From sequence record PQ493298: 64,000 nucleotides of DNA. One strand, given 5' to 3'. Positions 1-9,876 of this stretch are shown in pieces. Positions within the stretch are counted from its first letter, which is position 1. The number at the start of each line of letters is the position of its first letter. The position numbers were made by a program, and so were the translations under genes. The DNA is from Escherichia phage EPIMAM01. The notes under the pieces are model-generated. The model was not told the DNA's origin, searched no databases, and worked only from the letters and a program-made list of their open reading frames with translations.

Positions 1-38
1 AAGTCGCATCTCGTTTCTAATTTTAAAGGTTAACACAA

Positions 39-1604
39 ATGACTATCAAAACTAAAGCTGAACTTTTGAACAAATGGAAGCCATTACTGGAAGGTGAAGG
101 TTTACCGGAAATTGCTAATAGCAAACAAGCGATTATCGCTAAAATCTTTGAAAACCAGGAAAAAGATTTCCAGACAGCTCCAGAATACAAAGACGAAAAA
201 ATCGCTCAGGCGTTTGGTTCTTTCTTAACAGAAGCTGAAATCGGTGGTGACCACGGTTACAACGCTACTAACATCGCTGCTGGTCAGACTTCTGGCGCAG
301 TAACTCAGATTGGCCCAGCTGTTATGGGTATGGTACGTCGTGCTATTCCTAACCTGATTGCTTTCGATATTTGCGGTGTTCAGCCGATGAACAGCCCGAC
401 TGGCCAGGTATTCGCACTGCGTGCAGTATATGGTAAAGACCCAATCGCTTCCGGTGCTAAAGAAGCATTCCACCCAATGTATGGTCCAGATGCAATGTTC
501 TCTGGTCAGGGTGCTGCTAAGAAATTCGCTGCTTTGAAAGCAAGTGATACTCTTGAAGTTGGAACTATTTACACCCACTTCTTCCAGGAAACTGGTACTG
601 TATATCTGCAAGCTACAGAAGTTAAGCAAATTGATACTAGTGCATCTGACGCAGCTAAATTAGATGCTGAAATTAAGAAACAAATGGAAGCTGGTGTACT
701 GGTAGAAATCGCTGAAGGTATGGCTACTTCTATCGCTGAACTCCAGGAAGGTTTCAACGGTTCTACCGATAACCCATGGAATGAAATGGGCTTCCGTATC
801 GATAAACAAGTTATCGAAGCTAAATCTCGTCAGCTGAAAGCTGCTTACTCTATCGAATTAGCACAAGACCTCCGCGCTGTTCACGGTATGGATGCTGATG
901 CTGAACTGTCTGGTATTCTGGCTACCGAAATCATGTTGGAAATCAACCGTGAAGTTGTTGATTGGATTAACTACTCAGCTCAGGTTGGTAAATCTGGTAT
1001 GACCCTGACTCCGGGTTCTAAAGCTGGTGTATTTGACTTCCAGGATCCGATTGATATTCGTGGTGCTCGCTGGGCGGGTGAATCCTTTAAAGCTCTGTTG
1101 TTCCAGATTGACAAAGAAGCAGTTGAAATTGCTCGTCAGACCGGTCGTGGTGAAGGTAACTTCATTATCGCTTCCCGTAACGTAGTTAACGTTCTGGCTT
1201 CAGTTGATACCGGCATTTCTTATGCTGCACAGGGTCTGGCTACCGGCTTTAACACTGATACTACCAAGTCAGTATTTGCTGGTGTTCTGGGTGGTAAATA
1301 CCGTGTATATATCGACCAGTATGCTAAACAGGATTATTTCACTGTAGGTTATAAAGGTCCGAACGAAATGGATGCTGGTATTTACTACGCTCCATATGTA
1401 GCTCTGACTCCGCTGCGTGGTTCCGATCCGAAGAACTTCCAACCAGTAATGGGATTCAAAACTCGTTACGGTATCGGTATCAACCCATTTGCAGAATCCG
1501 CTGCTCAGGCTCCGGCTTCTCGCATCCAGAGCGGTATGCCTTCTATTCTGAATAGCCTTGGTAAAAACGCTTACTTCCGCCGTGTATATGTTAAAGGTAT
1601 CTAA
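39..1604 (+). CDS. 23: major capsid protein gp23 (precursor)
   Basis: 521 aa ORF; N-terminus MTIKTKAELLNKWKPLLEGEG and length match recalled T4 gp23; ATG at 39; followed by terminator hairpin. Confidence 0.95.
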   Translation: MTIKTKAELLNKWKPLLEGEGLPEIANSKQAIIAKIFENQEKDFQTAPEYKDEKIAQAFGSFLTEAEIGGDHGYNATNIAAGQTSGAVTQIGPAVMGMVRRAIPNLIAFDICGVQPMNSPTGQVFALRAVYGKDPIASGAKEAFHPMYGPDAMFSGQGAAKKFAALKASDTLEVGTIYTHFFQETGTVYLQATEVKQIDTSASDAAKLDAEIKKQMEAGVLVEIAEGMATSIAELQEGFNGSTDNPWNEMGFRIDKQVIEAKSRQLKAAYSIELAQDLRAVHGMDADAELSGILATEIMLEINREVVDWINYSAQVGKSGMTLTPGSKAGVFDFQDPIDIRGARWAGESFKALLFQIDKEAVEIARQTGRGEGNFIIASRNVVNVLASVDTGISYAAQGLATGFNTDTTKSVFAGVLGGKYRVYIDQYAKQDYFTVGYKGPNEMDAGIYYAPYVALTPLRGSDPKNFQPVMGFKTRYGIGINPFAESAAQAPASRIQSGMPSILNSLGKNAYFRRVYVKGI

Positions 1605-1619
1605 TCTTTGACGATTTAA

Positions 1620-1635
1620 GGGACCTTCGGGTCCC
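1620..1635 (+). terminator. rho-independent terminator after gene 23
   Basis: GGGACC-UUCG-GGUCCC stem-tetraloop followed by TTT, immediately 3' of gp23 stop. Confidence 0.7.
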
Positions 1636-1652
1636 TTTAGTTGTTTTTATGG

Positions 1653-1660
1653 TATAAATA
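1653..1660 (+). promoter_or_regulatory. T4 late promoter (TATAAATA) for gene 24
   Basis: exact TATAAATA about 27 nt upstream of gp24 ATG. Confidence 0.65.
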
Positions 1661-1687
1661 AATCATATAAACCAAAAGGAAAGCGCA

Positions 1688-2971
1688 ATGGCTAAAATCA
1701 ACGAACTTCTGCGCGAATCAACCACAACGAATAGCAACTCAATCGGTCGCCCAAATCTCGTTGCTTTGACTCGCGCTACCACTAAATTAATATATTCTGA
1801 CATTGTAGCAACGCAAAGAACTAATCAACCTGTTGCTGCTTTTTATGGTATCAAATACCTTAACCCGGATAACGAATTTACATTTAAAACTGGTGCTACT
1901 TATGCTGGCGAAGCTGGGTATGTAGACCGAGAACAAATCACAGAATTAACAGAAGAGTCTAAATTAACTCTCAATAAAGGCGATTTATTCAAATATAATA
2001 ATATCGTTTATAAAGTATTAGAAGATACACCATTTGCTGATATTGAAGAAAGTGATTTAGAATTAGCTCTTCAGATTGCAATTGTTCTTTTAAAGGTTCG
2101 TCTATTTTCTGATGCTGCAGTAACAAGCAAATTTGAAAGCTCTGATAGTGAAATTGCGGATGCTAGATTCCAGATTAATAAATGGCAAACCGCAGTTAAA
2201 TCTCGTAAACTTAAAACTGGCATCACAGTCGAATTAGCACAAGATTTAGAAGCAAATGGATTCGATGCTCCTAATTTCTTGGAAGATTTGCTTGCAACTG
2301 AAATGGCGGATGAAATCAATAAAGATATTCTACAGTCTTTGATTACAGTATCAAAACGCTATAAAGTTACAGGAATTACTGATACTGGATTCATTGATTT
2401 GAGTTATGCATCTGCACCTGAAGCTGGTCGTTCATTATACCGAATGGTGTGTGAAATGGTTTCACATATCCAGAAAGAATCAACTTATACAGCAACGTTC
2501 TGTGTTGCTTCAGCTCGCGCCGCTGCGATTCTTGCTGCATCAGGTTGGTTAAAACATAAACCAGAAGATGACAAATATCTTTCACAAAATGCCTACGGGT
2601 TCTTAGCTAATGGTTTACCGCTTTATTGCGATACCAACAGTCCATTAGATTATGTAATCGTTGGCGTAGTAGAAAATATTGGTGAAAAAGAAATTGTTGG
2701 ATCAATTTTCTATGCTCCGTATACAGAAGGTCTTGACTTAGATGACCCTGAACATGTAGGTGCATTTAAAGTTGTAGTTGATCCAGAAAGTTTGCAGCCA
2801 TCTATCGGTTTATTAGTTAGATATGCTTTATCTGCAAATCCTTACACTGTAGCAAAAGATGAAAAAGAAGCAAGAGTAATTGATGGTGGAGACATGGATA
2901 AAATGGCGGGTCGTTCAGATTTGTCTGTTTTATTAGGTGTTAAGCTACCAAAAATTATCATTGATGAATAA
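1688..2971 (+). CDS. 24: capsid vertex protein gp24
   Basis: 427 aa, same length as T4 gp24; gp23-like fold paralog directly after gene 23. Confidence 0.9.
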   Translation: MAKINELLRESTTTNSNSIGRPNLVALTRATTKLIYSDIVATQRTNQPVAAFYGIKYLNPDNEFTFKTGATYAGEAGYVDREQITELTEESKLTLNKGDLFKYNNIVYKVLEDTPFADIEESDLELALQIAIVLLKVRLFSDAAVTSKFESSDSEIADARFQINKWQTAVKSRKLKTGITVELAQDLEANGFDAPNFLEDLLATEMADEINKDILQSLITVSKRYKVTGITDTGFIDLSYASAPEAGRSLYRMVCEMVSHIQKESTYTATFCVASARAAAILAASGWLKHKPEDDKYLSQNAYGFLANGLPLYCDTNSPLDYVIVGVVENIGEKEIVGSIFYAPYTEGLDLDDPEHVGAFKVVVDPESLQPSIGLLVRYALSANPYTVAKDEKEARVIDGGDMDKMAGRSDLSVLLGVKLPKIIIDE

Positions 2972-2977
2972 AACAAA

Positions 2978-2993
2978 GGGACCTTTCGGTCCC
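2978..2993. terminator. bidirectional terminator between gene 24 and rnlB
   Basis: GGGACC-TTTC-GGTCCC hairpin flanked by A-run and T-run between convergent genes. Confidence 0.65.
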
Positions 2994-3000
2994 TTTTTAT

Positions 3001-4005
3001 TTAACTTACCAATTCAATCCAAGCCGGACGAAGTACATCTTGTACCATTTTAACTAATTCCTTCTTAATCAAAGAAGGATTATCCGCTTGAGTTAGAGTA
3101 ATACCTTCACGAGAAGTTTCTTCCAAAATATCTTGAACCGTTAGTCCCATCACCTTTCCAAAATCTTTTGGACCGATTTCGCCAATTTTAGAAATAACGT
3201 TATTTACTCGGTTCAGTGTAACGTAACAAGCTAAAATTCCAACCAATTTGTTATCAGCTTCTGACAGTTCAACTTTAGCTTTAATAGGCTTATCAGACTT
3301 TTTCTTTTCACTAAATTTAGAGTTCTTGCATTTGATAGCTACGCGATTGCCATTAGGCATCCAAGAAGGATAACAAGGTTTCAATACATATCCTTCAGCG
3401 GTAAATACTTCGCCTTTTACTTCAGCATTCCAAACGCATTTATTCGCATCAACTAATCCAGCATGGTCTACTGTAAAATTATAATCTTGGACGACAGAAT
3501 CTAAATCATTTGGCAATTTAATAAGCTCTTCAAATTTACCGCGACCTAAAAGTGGAGCCATTTTAAATTTAAATGTATTACAGAATGATTCCATCATATA
3601 ATCATCGACATAAGTCACATCACCACTTTCTGTAGTAACAATAATGTCAAATACATAAAAATCTTTATCGCCATAATCGACATTCTTCTGAATGCCAGGT
3701 CCGGCAAATTCACCGAAGACTTGATAAGATACAACCGCTGAAGTTTCCATAATATCTTGTACTGCTTTAATGGAATCAGCGTAATTCTTCAAAATAATTT
3801 CATACCCAAAGAAATCTTCAGCAGGAAGAATAGGACCAGTGCGTTTAGCACAAGTTACTTTATCACGCTCAATAATTAATGAGAAATTTGTGCCATGAAT
3901 CTTTTCACGAGCTACCCAATCGCCGCCAGTCAATCCTAAACTATAAAGTTTTTCAATGAATTTAGAATTGTAATGATTTTCAAGACTGCTATACTTTTTA
4001 AACAT
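3001..4005 (-). CDS. rnlB: RNA ligase 2 (Rnl2)
   Basis: 334 aa; N-terminus [42 protein letters not shown] carries the ligase KxHGxN motif; position after gene 24 as in T4. Confidence 0.9.
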   Translation of the reverse strand: MFKKYSSLENHYNSKFIEKLYSLGLTGGDWVAREKIHGTNFSLIIERDKVTCAKRTGPILPAEDFFGYEIILKNYADSIKAVQDIMETSAVVSYQVFGEFAGPGIQKNVDYGDKDFYVFDIIVTTESGDVTYVDDYMMESFCNTFKFKMAPLLGRGKFEELIKLPNDLDSVVQDYNFTVDHAGLVDANKCVWNAEVKGEVFTAEGYVLKPCYPSWMPNGNRVAIKCKNSKFSEKKKSDKPIKAKVELSEADNKLVGILACYVTLNRVNNVISKIGEIGPKDFGKVMGLTVQDILEETSREGITLTQADNPSLIKKELVKMVQDVLRPAWIELVS

Positions 4006-4014
4006 AATTAATCC

Positions 4015-4293
4015 TCAAAATGTAATTTCTAACCAATCACCATCACGCTGATCACTATTGACTTTAAAGCTAAATCCTTCTTTTCTCAGCCAATCACCAA
4101 TTTCTTCAGTAATCAATTTATCGCGAGCAGTACAATAATAACTAAAATATGTTTTACCTTGTTCAGCTGCTTTATTAGCAAGTTCCGAAAAATCTTTAAT
4201 AAAACACTCTAGCTTAAACTGTTTACTTTTAAGTGCTTTTTCGCGTAATCGATTAGCAAAAGATTCATTTTCATAAAGATCATACTGTTCCAT
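4015..4293 (-). CDS. hypothetical protein (T4 24.2 position)
   Basis: 92 aa ORF, translationally coupled, synteny only. Confidence 0.5.
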   Translation of the reverse strand: MEQYDLYENESFANRLREKALKSKQFKLECFIKDFSELANKAAEQGKTYFSYYCTARDKLITEEIGDWLRKEGFSFKVNSDQRDGDWLEITF

Positions 4294-4296
4294 TTT

Positions 4297-4494
4297 TCAC
4301 CTTTTATTAATATGTCTTTTTCTATAGACAACTTTTTCTCGAGTTTCAAATTTATTCTTAGCAGTCATAGCTCGAGCCCATAATACAGCCACTTCTTTCA
4401 CCTGTAAGTTTAATTCACGAGCAATTTCAATGAATGACTTTCCAGACTCATGAAGAGTAAACACCACAACCTCAGTTCTCATAATCAATCTCAT
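4297..4494 (-). CDS. hypothetical small basic protein (T4 24.3 position)
   Basis: 65 aa ORF, basic C-terminus; synteny only. Confidence 0.45.
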   Translation of the reverse strand: MRLIMRTEVVVFTLHESGKSFIEIARELNLQVKEVAVLWARAMTAKNKFETREKVVYRKRHINKR

Positions 4495-4563
4495 GTTATC
4501 GAGTTGATGCCATTATATACATCATTTTCTGAGTATGTTTTGTGTGCTTTCAAAATGAAGAAA

Positions 4564-4577
4564 GGGGCCGAAGCCCC
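4564..4577 (-). terminator. terminator hairpin 3' of hoc
   Basis: GGGGC-CGAA-GCCCC stem-loop just downstream of hoc stop on minus strand. Confidence 0.55.
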
Positions 4578-4589
4578 TTATGATTATGA

Positions 4590-6014
4590 TTATGGATAGG
4601 TATAGATGATACCAGTTTCTAAAGCAGTTTTATGAATGATGTATCCATTGCGTGATTCTTGAACATCAACTTCTGGATAGTCTTTCATCATCTTCTGAAG
4701 AGTGTAACGATGCAGGTAGTATTTACTGTCTGGATCTTCAGTTTTCCAATCTTTACCTTCTTCGGTCATTTTTTGGATTTCATCCATAACCCACCAACCG
4801 CACCAGATATAAGCAGAAGTACGATGTGGAAGAGGATGAACATAAGGCAATTCACCTTCTGGTTCCGGAGCAACTTTATCAGTTACCTGAACTTGGCCTG
4901 TTGCTTTAACTGTTTTACTATCATAGTCGGTTGCTGTAACGACAGCAGTAACTTCAATAGTTTGACTTCCAATAGATGAGGTGTCAACGGTGTATACGTT
5001 AGTTGACCCTTCTACAGGAGAAGAATCTTTCTTCCATGAATAAGTAATTTGTGCTGCTTCAGGTGCTCCAGTAACATTAGCCGTAAATGTAGCCGAAGCA
5101 TCTTGCTGAACGTTAATAGAAGGAGGAGTCAATGTAACCTGTGGATTCATTGTCTTCTTATTAACTGTCAATGATACTTCATTAGAAGTAACTTCCTTTT
5201 CATTGTAATTTTCTGCAGTTACTTGCGCTACACATTTAATTCTTTTTACTCCACTTGTAGTTGGAGTATAGTTAAATGTAGAGTTAGTTTCTCCACCAAT
5301 TTGAGAATCATCTACATACCACTTATATGTAGCAGACGCTCCATCAGGTTGAGAAGCTAAGGCAGCAGTAAATTGAACTGGAGTTCCAATTACTCCAGCT
5401 GAAGGACTATTAGGAGTTACAACTAAAGTAGTCGCTTGGGTTTTCTTGTTAACAGTCAGCGACACTTCGTCAGAAGTAACGGTCTTTGTATCATAATCTG
5501 TCGCAGTTACTTGAGCTACACACTTAATTTTTTTAACTCCGCTTGTGGCAGGAGTATAGTTAAATGTAGCGTCAGTTGCTTCTCCCACAGGAGAACCGTC
5601 GACGTGCCATTGATACGTAGCAGATGCACCTGGCGGCTGTGAATCTAAGGCAGCGGTAAATTGAACAGCTGTTCCGATTACTCCTTCCGAAGGACTATCA
5701 GGAGTTACTGTTATTGTAGTAGTCTGTGTCTTATTTTGAACTGTGATAGTTGTCGTAGTTTCTGCTGTTTCAGGTTCAGCTTCAGATTCTGGAACTGTAT
5801 TTGTTGCAACTACTTTAATAGTCTTTTGACCTGCAGGTCCTTTTAGTACATAGCTAAAAGTTGCTTCAGCTCCATCCTGTGGAACATTATCTACACTCCA
5901 AGCATAGGTAATAGTTCCACCTTCAGTTTGACCACTGGGTGTAGCAGTAAACTGCTTGGTTTCATCAATAACTCCTGTTGGGGTTTTAGGAGTTATATCA
6001 ACTGTAAAAGTCAT
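4590..6014 (-). CDS. hoc: Hoc, highly immunogenic outer capsid protein, with four Ig-like domains
   Basis: 474 aa; N-terminus MTFTVDITPKTPTGVIDETKQFTATPSG and C-terminal capsid-binding region match recalled T4 Hoc (376 aa); about 98 aa longer because of an extra Ig-like domain. Confidence 0.9.
   Translation of the reverse strand: MTFTVDITPKTPTGVIDETKQFTATPSGQTEGGTITYAWSVDNVPQDGAEATFSYVLKGPAGQKTIKVVATNTVPESEAEPETAETTTTITVQNKTQTTTITVTPDSPSEGVIGTAVQFTAALDSQPPGASATYQWHVDGSPVGEATDATFNYTPATSGVKKIKCVAQVTATDYDTKTVTSDEVSLTVNKKTQATTLVVTPNSPSAGVIGTPVQFTAALASQPDGASATYKWYVDDSQIGGETNSTFNYTPTTSGVKRIKCVAQVTAENYNEKEVTSNEVSLTVNKKTMNPQVTLTPPSINVQQDASATFTANVTGAPEAAQITYSWKKDSSPVEGSTNVYTVDTSSIGSQTIEVTAVVTATDYDSKTVKATGQVQVTDKVAPEPEGELPYVHPLPHRTSAYIWCGWWVMDEIQKMTEEGKDWKTEDPDSKYYLHRYTLQKMMKDYPEVDVQESRNGYIIHKTALETGIIYTYP
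5154..5729 (-). repeat. diverged tandem duplication (2 x ~288 bp) encoding Hoc Ig-like domains 2 and 3
   Basis: translated repeats TQTTTITVTPDSPSEGVIGTAVQFTAAL... and TQATTLVVTPNSPSAGVIGTPVQFTAAL... are about 80 percent identical over 96 aa. Confidence 0.8.
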
Positions 6015-6023
6015 AAGTTATCC

Positions 6024-6704
6024 TTATTTTAATGTTACGAAAGAAGAATTACGTGTTTCACGAATTAGAACTGATCCGTCGCGATTAATGTAATAAATTA
6101 AGCTAAATAAAGTTTGGTGCGCCGACGCGTGTTCAAAACTAGTTGGGTGAGATTTCCAATCCGGAGTTTCAGCAATCCATTGGTAAATCCACCAAGGAAC
6201 AGTGCAGAATCCTGGATTTTTTCCAATCAGCTGAAGATTTGGGCTAAAGTTTTCCGGAAGAGTAAATACAGACGGCTTTTCAGATTCAATAATCTCAGCT
6301 ACAGCCTGTTCGAATTTTTCTTCAACAAAAGGAGTATCTTCAATCAAAACATCGGTATTTTCAGGAATTTTATCCGTTTCTACTACTTTAATTTTAATGT
6401 CAGATTTAACCGGAGAATCAATCAGAAGTGCTGCCTCTGGATTGACTTCTTCATCGTCATATTTTAATCCGTCTGCGGCATCAGCAGCATCGATTAAGTC
6501 TTTAATAGATAACCCATCAGTCTCTGGCATAGGTTCACTAGCGAGCTTCTGGAGGGCTTCTTCAATATCATTAACGATATTATCAAAAGATTTATTCTTT
6601 TTGACCTTTATACCAAACTGTTCAGCATATTCAGCTAATTTAGCTTTAGCTTCTTTATTATCATCAAGAGCCTTCAGCTCTGCAATATAATCTTTATCTA
6701 TCAT
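6024..6704 (-). CDS. inh: Inh, inhibitor of prohead protease gp21 (acidic protein)
   Basis: 226 aa acidic ORF between hoc and uvsW, the T4 inh position; assignment by synteny and size. Confidence 0.7.
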   Translation of the reverse strand: MIDKDYIAELKALDDNKEAKAKLAEYAEQFGIKVKKNKSFDNIVNDIEEALQKLASEPMPETDGLSIKDLIDAADAADGLKYDDEEVNPEAALLIDSPVKSDIKIKVVETDKIPENTDVLIEDTPFVEEKFEQAVAEIIESEKPSVFTLPENFSPNLQLIGKNPGFCTVPWWIYQWIAETPDWKSHPTSFEHASAHQTLFSLIYYINRDGSVLIRETRNSSFVTLK

Positions 6705-6717
6705 AATATTTCCTCAG

Positions 6718-6725
6718 TATAAATA
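6718..6725 (+). promoter_or_regulatory. T4 late promoter TATAAATA upstream of uvsW
   Basis: exact TATAAATA about 30 nt upstream of uvsW ATG in the divergent inh/uvsW intergenic region. Confidence 0.55.
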
Positions 6726-6754
6726 TAGATATATTTATTACATGGTATTTAGAC

Positions 6755-8266
6755 ATGACTGACATTAAAGTACATTTTTATGATTTTAGTCACGTGAGAA
6801 TTGATTGCGAAGAAAGTACATTTCATGAACTCCGTGATTTCTTTAGCTTTGAAGCTGATGGGTATCGTTTTAATCCGAAATACAAATATGGCCACTGGGA
6901 TGGACGAATCCGTCTTTTAGATTATAATCGTCTTCTTCCATTCGGCTTAGTCGGGCAAATTAAAAAGTTCTGCGATAACTTTGGCTATAAAGCCTGGATT
7001 GACCCACAGATTAACGAAAAAGAAGAATTATCAAGAAAAGATTTTGATGAATGGCTTTCTAAATTAGAAATCTATTCAGGAAATAAAAGAATTGAACCGC
7101 ATTGGTATCAAAAAGATGCAGTGTTCGAAGGATTAGTTAATCGTCGTAGAATTCTTAATCTTCCAACATCCGCAGGTAAATCTTTAATTCAAGCTTTGCT
7201 TGCTCGGTATTATTTGGAAAATTATGAAGGCAAAATTCTTATCATTGTTCCAACAACTGCTCTGACAACTCAGATGGCTGATGACTTTGTTGACTATCGT
7301 TTATTCAGTCATGCAATGATAAAGAAAATCGGCGGTGGAGCATCAAAAGATGATAAATATAAAAATGATGCACCAGTCGTTGTTGGTACATGGCAAACTG
7401 TAGTAAAACAACCAAAAGAATGGTTCTCACAGTTTGGAATGATGATGAATGATGAATGCCATCTTGCTACAGGAAAAAGTATTTCATCTATCATATCAGG
7501 TTTAAATAACTGTATGTTTAAATTTGGTTTGTCTGGTTCATTGCGCGATGGCAAAGCTAATATCATGCAGTATGTTGGAATGTTTGGTGAAATATTTAAG
7601 CCAGTAACGACTTCTAAATTAATGGAAGATGGACAAGTAACTGAGTTAAAAATTAATAGCATTTTTCTTCGCTATCCCGATGAGTTCACTACTAAATTAA
7701 AGGGAAAAACTTACCAAGAAGAAATAAAAATTATTACTGGGCTCAGTAAAAGAAATAAATGGATCGCTAAATTAGCTATTAAGCTTGCGCAAAAAGATGA
7801 AAACGCTTTTGTCATGTTTAAACACGTATCGCACGGTAAAGCTATTTTCGATTTAATTAAAAATGAATACGATAAAGTTTATTACGTATCAGGGGAAGTT
7901 GATACCGAAACCCGCAATGTAATGAAAACCTTAGCTGAAAACGGTAAAGGAATAATTATAGTAGCTAGTTATGGTGTATTTTCTACTGGTATTTCAGTTA
8001 AAAATCTGCATCACGTTGTTTTAGCACACGGTGTTAAATCTAAAATTATTGTATTGCAAACAATAGGTCGCGTATTACGTAAACATGGTTCTAAAACAAT
8101 CGCAACAGTCTGGGACCTCATAGATGATTGCGGTGTTAAGCCAAAATCTGCTAATACGAAAAAGAAATACGTTCATTTGAACTATCTTTTAAAACACGGC
8201 ATTGATCGTATTCAGCGCTACGCAGATGAAAAATTTAATTACGTAATGAAAACAGTTAATTTATAA
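6755..8266 (+). CDS. uvsW: UvsW DNA/RNA helicase
   Basis: 503 aa; Walker A LPTSAGKS and DECH box (MMNDECHLA); length matches T4 UvsW. Confidence 0.92.
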   Translation: MTDIKVHFYDFSHVRIDCEESTFHELRDFFSFEADGYRFNPKYKYGHWDGRIRLLDYNRLLPFGLVGQIKKFCDNFGYKAWIDPQINEKEELSRKDFDEWLSKLEIYSGNKRIEPHWYQKDAVFEGLVNRRRILNLPTSAGKSLIQALLARYYLENYEGKILIIVPTTALTTQMADDFVDYRLFSHAMIKKIGGGASKDDKYKNDAPVVVGTWQTVVKQPKEWFSQFGMMMNDECHLATGKSISSIISGLNNCMFKFGLSGSLRDGKANIMQYVGMFGEIFKPVTTSKLMEDGQVTELKINSIFLRYPDEFTTKLKGKTYQEEIKIITGLSKRNKWIAKLAIKLAQKDENAFVMFKHVSHGKAIFDLIKNEYDKVYYVSGEVDTETRNVMKTLAENGKGIIIVASYGVFSTGISVKNLHHVVLAHGVKSKIIVLQTIGRVLRKHGSKTIATVWDLIDDCGVKPKSANTKKKYVHLNYLLKHGIDRIQRYADEKFNYVMKTVNL

Positions 8267-8278
8267 GGGCTTCGGCCC
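8267..8278 (+). terminator. terminator-like hairpin after uvsW
   Basis: GGGC-TTCG-GCCC followed by TTT; also places GGAG Shine-Dalgarno for uvsW.1. Confidence 0.5.
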
Positions 8279-8291
8279 TTTGGAGAAAAAG

Positions 8292-8522
8292 ATGTTACTA
8301 GAATTTAAACAATTTCTTTATGAAGCTTCTATTGATGAATTTATGGGTAAAATTGCCTCTTGTCAAACAATAGAAGGTCTAGAAGAACTTGAAGCTTATT
8401 ATAAGAAAAGAGTTAAAGAAACTGAATTAAAAGATACTGATGACATCTCAGTCAGAGATGCTTTGGCAGGAAAAAGAGCTGAATTAGAAGATTCAGACGA
8501 TGAAGTAGAAGAAAGCTTTTAA
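8292..8522 (+). CDS. uvsW.1: UvsW.1 small acidic protein
   Basis: ORF track start 8280 is TTG; first ATG at 8292 with GGAG upstream gives 76 aa, the T4 UvsW.1 size. Confidence 0.7.
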   Translation: MLLEFKQFLYEASIDEFMGKIASCQTIEGLEELEAYYKKRVKETELKDTDDISVRDALAGKRAELEDSDDEVEESF

Positions 8523-8577
8523 ATTAAAAAAGGCCCAACCAAAAAGGAAGGGCCAAAACTATAGACTAAAGGTCACA

Positions 8578-8745
8578 CTATAGCAAAAGTTGTGTTTCAT
8601 TTAATTGTTCTTCCGAACTTTCTGAAACTGGTAGTTCTTTAATGTAATTATAACAAGGCCCAGGATGTACAGGACCTTTGTCTGTTTCAACAACCAATGC
8701 AGAATCGATTGGAGTTTTACAGACAACACAAATCTTATCTGACAT
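8578..8745 (-). CDS. hypothetical Cys-rich small protein (T4 uvsY.-2 position)
   Basis: 55 aa ORF translated by hand: MSDKICVVCKTPIDSALVVETDKGPVHPGPCYNY...; not in ORF track (below 60 aa). Confidence 0.4.
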   Translation of the reverse strand: MSDKICVVCKTPIDSALVVETDKGPVHPGPCYNYIKELPVSESSEEQLNETQLLL

Positions 8746-8773
8746 GATTGTCTCCTCTAAATTATATATCTAT

Positions 8774-8998
8774 TTATATAACTCTCATATGCATATCAAT
8801 GCCCATATCTTTGGAATAAAAATATTCATCAAGATATCCAGCAAATTTTCCTTTAACATAAAGTACATCTTCACCGCATGGATGGTCGGCCAGGATACGA
8901 ATATCCTGACGCTTGAGATTATACTTTTTCATTAAGAATTGAATTTCCGTTTCGAATTCTTCTTCATAATTAAAAGCATCATCAATGCTATATTTCAT
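8774..8998 (-). CDS. hypothetical protein (T4 uvsY.-1 position)
   Basis: 74 aa ORF, stop overlaps uvsY start region; synteny. Confidence 0.5.
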   Translation of the reverse strand: MKYSIDDAFNYEEEFETEIQFLMKKYNLKRQDIRILADHPCGEDVLYVKGKFAGYLDEYFYSKDMGIDMHMRVI

Positions 8999-9411
8999 TA
9001 TTTTCCAGCCTCAAATGCTCGCATGTCTTGAATATGCTTAATAGCAAATCCGCGTGATTTAATAGCATCAAGAGCTCCGCTACAGAAATCCAATAAAATT
9101 CCCCAATACTGCAATGAAGTATCAACTTTTAAAACATCCTTATCAGCTGATAGAACTGTCTTCATTTCTGATTTCTCATAACGGTCCATACTAAATTCAT
9201 CACCATCTCCTCGTCCCGAGTAGTAGTCTAATTTAGCTTTAAGAGCAACTTTTTTCTGTGCTTCAATTCTAAGCATTTCCTTTTTAATACTTGAATGCTT
9301 ATTGAGCCATTTACTATATAACATCACATTATTAGCTGCTTCATACTGTAATTTAGTCGAATCTATAAACACATCTTTCTTCAATTCTTCTTGAAGATCT
9401 TCTAATTTCAT
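8998..9411 (-). CDS. uvsY: UvsY recombination mediator protein
   Basis: 137 aa; N-terminus MKLEDLQEELKKDVFIDSTKLQYEAANNVMLYSKWL; length equals T4 UvsY. Confidence 0.9.
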   Translation of the reverse strand: MKLEDLQEELKKDVFIDSTKLQYEAANNVMLYSKWLNKHSSIKKEMLRIEAQKKVALKAKLDYYSGRGDGDEFSMDRYEKSEMKTVLSADKDVLKVDTSLQYWGILLDFCSGALDAIKSRGFAIKHIQDMRAFEAGK

Positions 9412-9477
9412 ATTGTTCTCTATTCAATTGTTATTGGATGGACTTAGATTCATTATACCACGTTTATACGTGAAGCA

Positions 9478-9876
9478 TTATACTCTGTTACTGGAAGCCA
9501 GTTGTAGTTTTATCTGCTCAATATCATCAGGGTTATCGATGACTGAAAAGCGTATTTCTACTATCAGAGTATAATCATCATAAACCGGTATTACATTAAC
9601 TGCTAATTTATCAATACGTGGCTCGTAGTTTCTTACTGCGCTTTCAATGTTACGCTCAACAGTATCAGCAGTAAGAGGAGTCATATTCTCAAAAAGTTGA
9701 TCAGATAAATCGCATCCAAATTCTGGGTCAAATGGCCTTGACCCTTTCCTGGTTGTAATAATTCCTAAAAGGCTATTTTTAATTGACCTTAATCCAAGAG
9801 ATCTTGAAACATCTTTGTCCCAATCCATTTTCATTTCTGGGTCAATGTCAGAATAAAGCTTATTAATATTTGCCAT
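9478..9876 (-). CDS. 25: baseplate wedge subunit gp25
   Basis: 132 aa, same as T4 gp25; position between uvsY and gene 26. Confidence 0.88.
   Translation of the reverse strand: MANINKLYSDIDPEMKMDWDKDVSRSLGLRSIKNSLLGIITTRKGSRPFDPEFGCDLSDQLFENMTPLTADTVERNIESAVRNYEPRIDKLAVNVIPVYDDYTLIVEIRFSVIDNPDDIEQIKLQLASSNRV

Noticed and set aside
225-757. Antisense ORFs (134 aa, 62 aa) inside gene 23
   Set aside because: Fully embedded opposite a highly expressed, well-defined capsid gene; no start context; typical spurious ORFs.
4659-5846. Plus-strand ORFs (106, 68, 61 aa) within hoc
   Set aside because: Antisense to hoc, Cys/Phe-rich low-complexity translations of the Ig-repeat region; no ribosome-binding sites.
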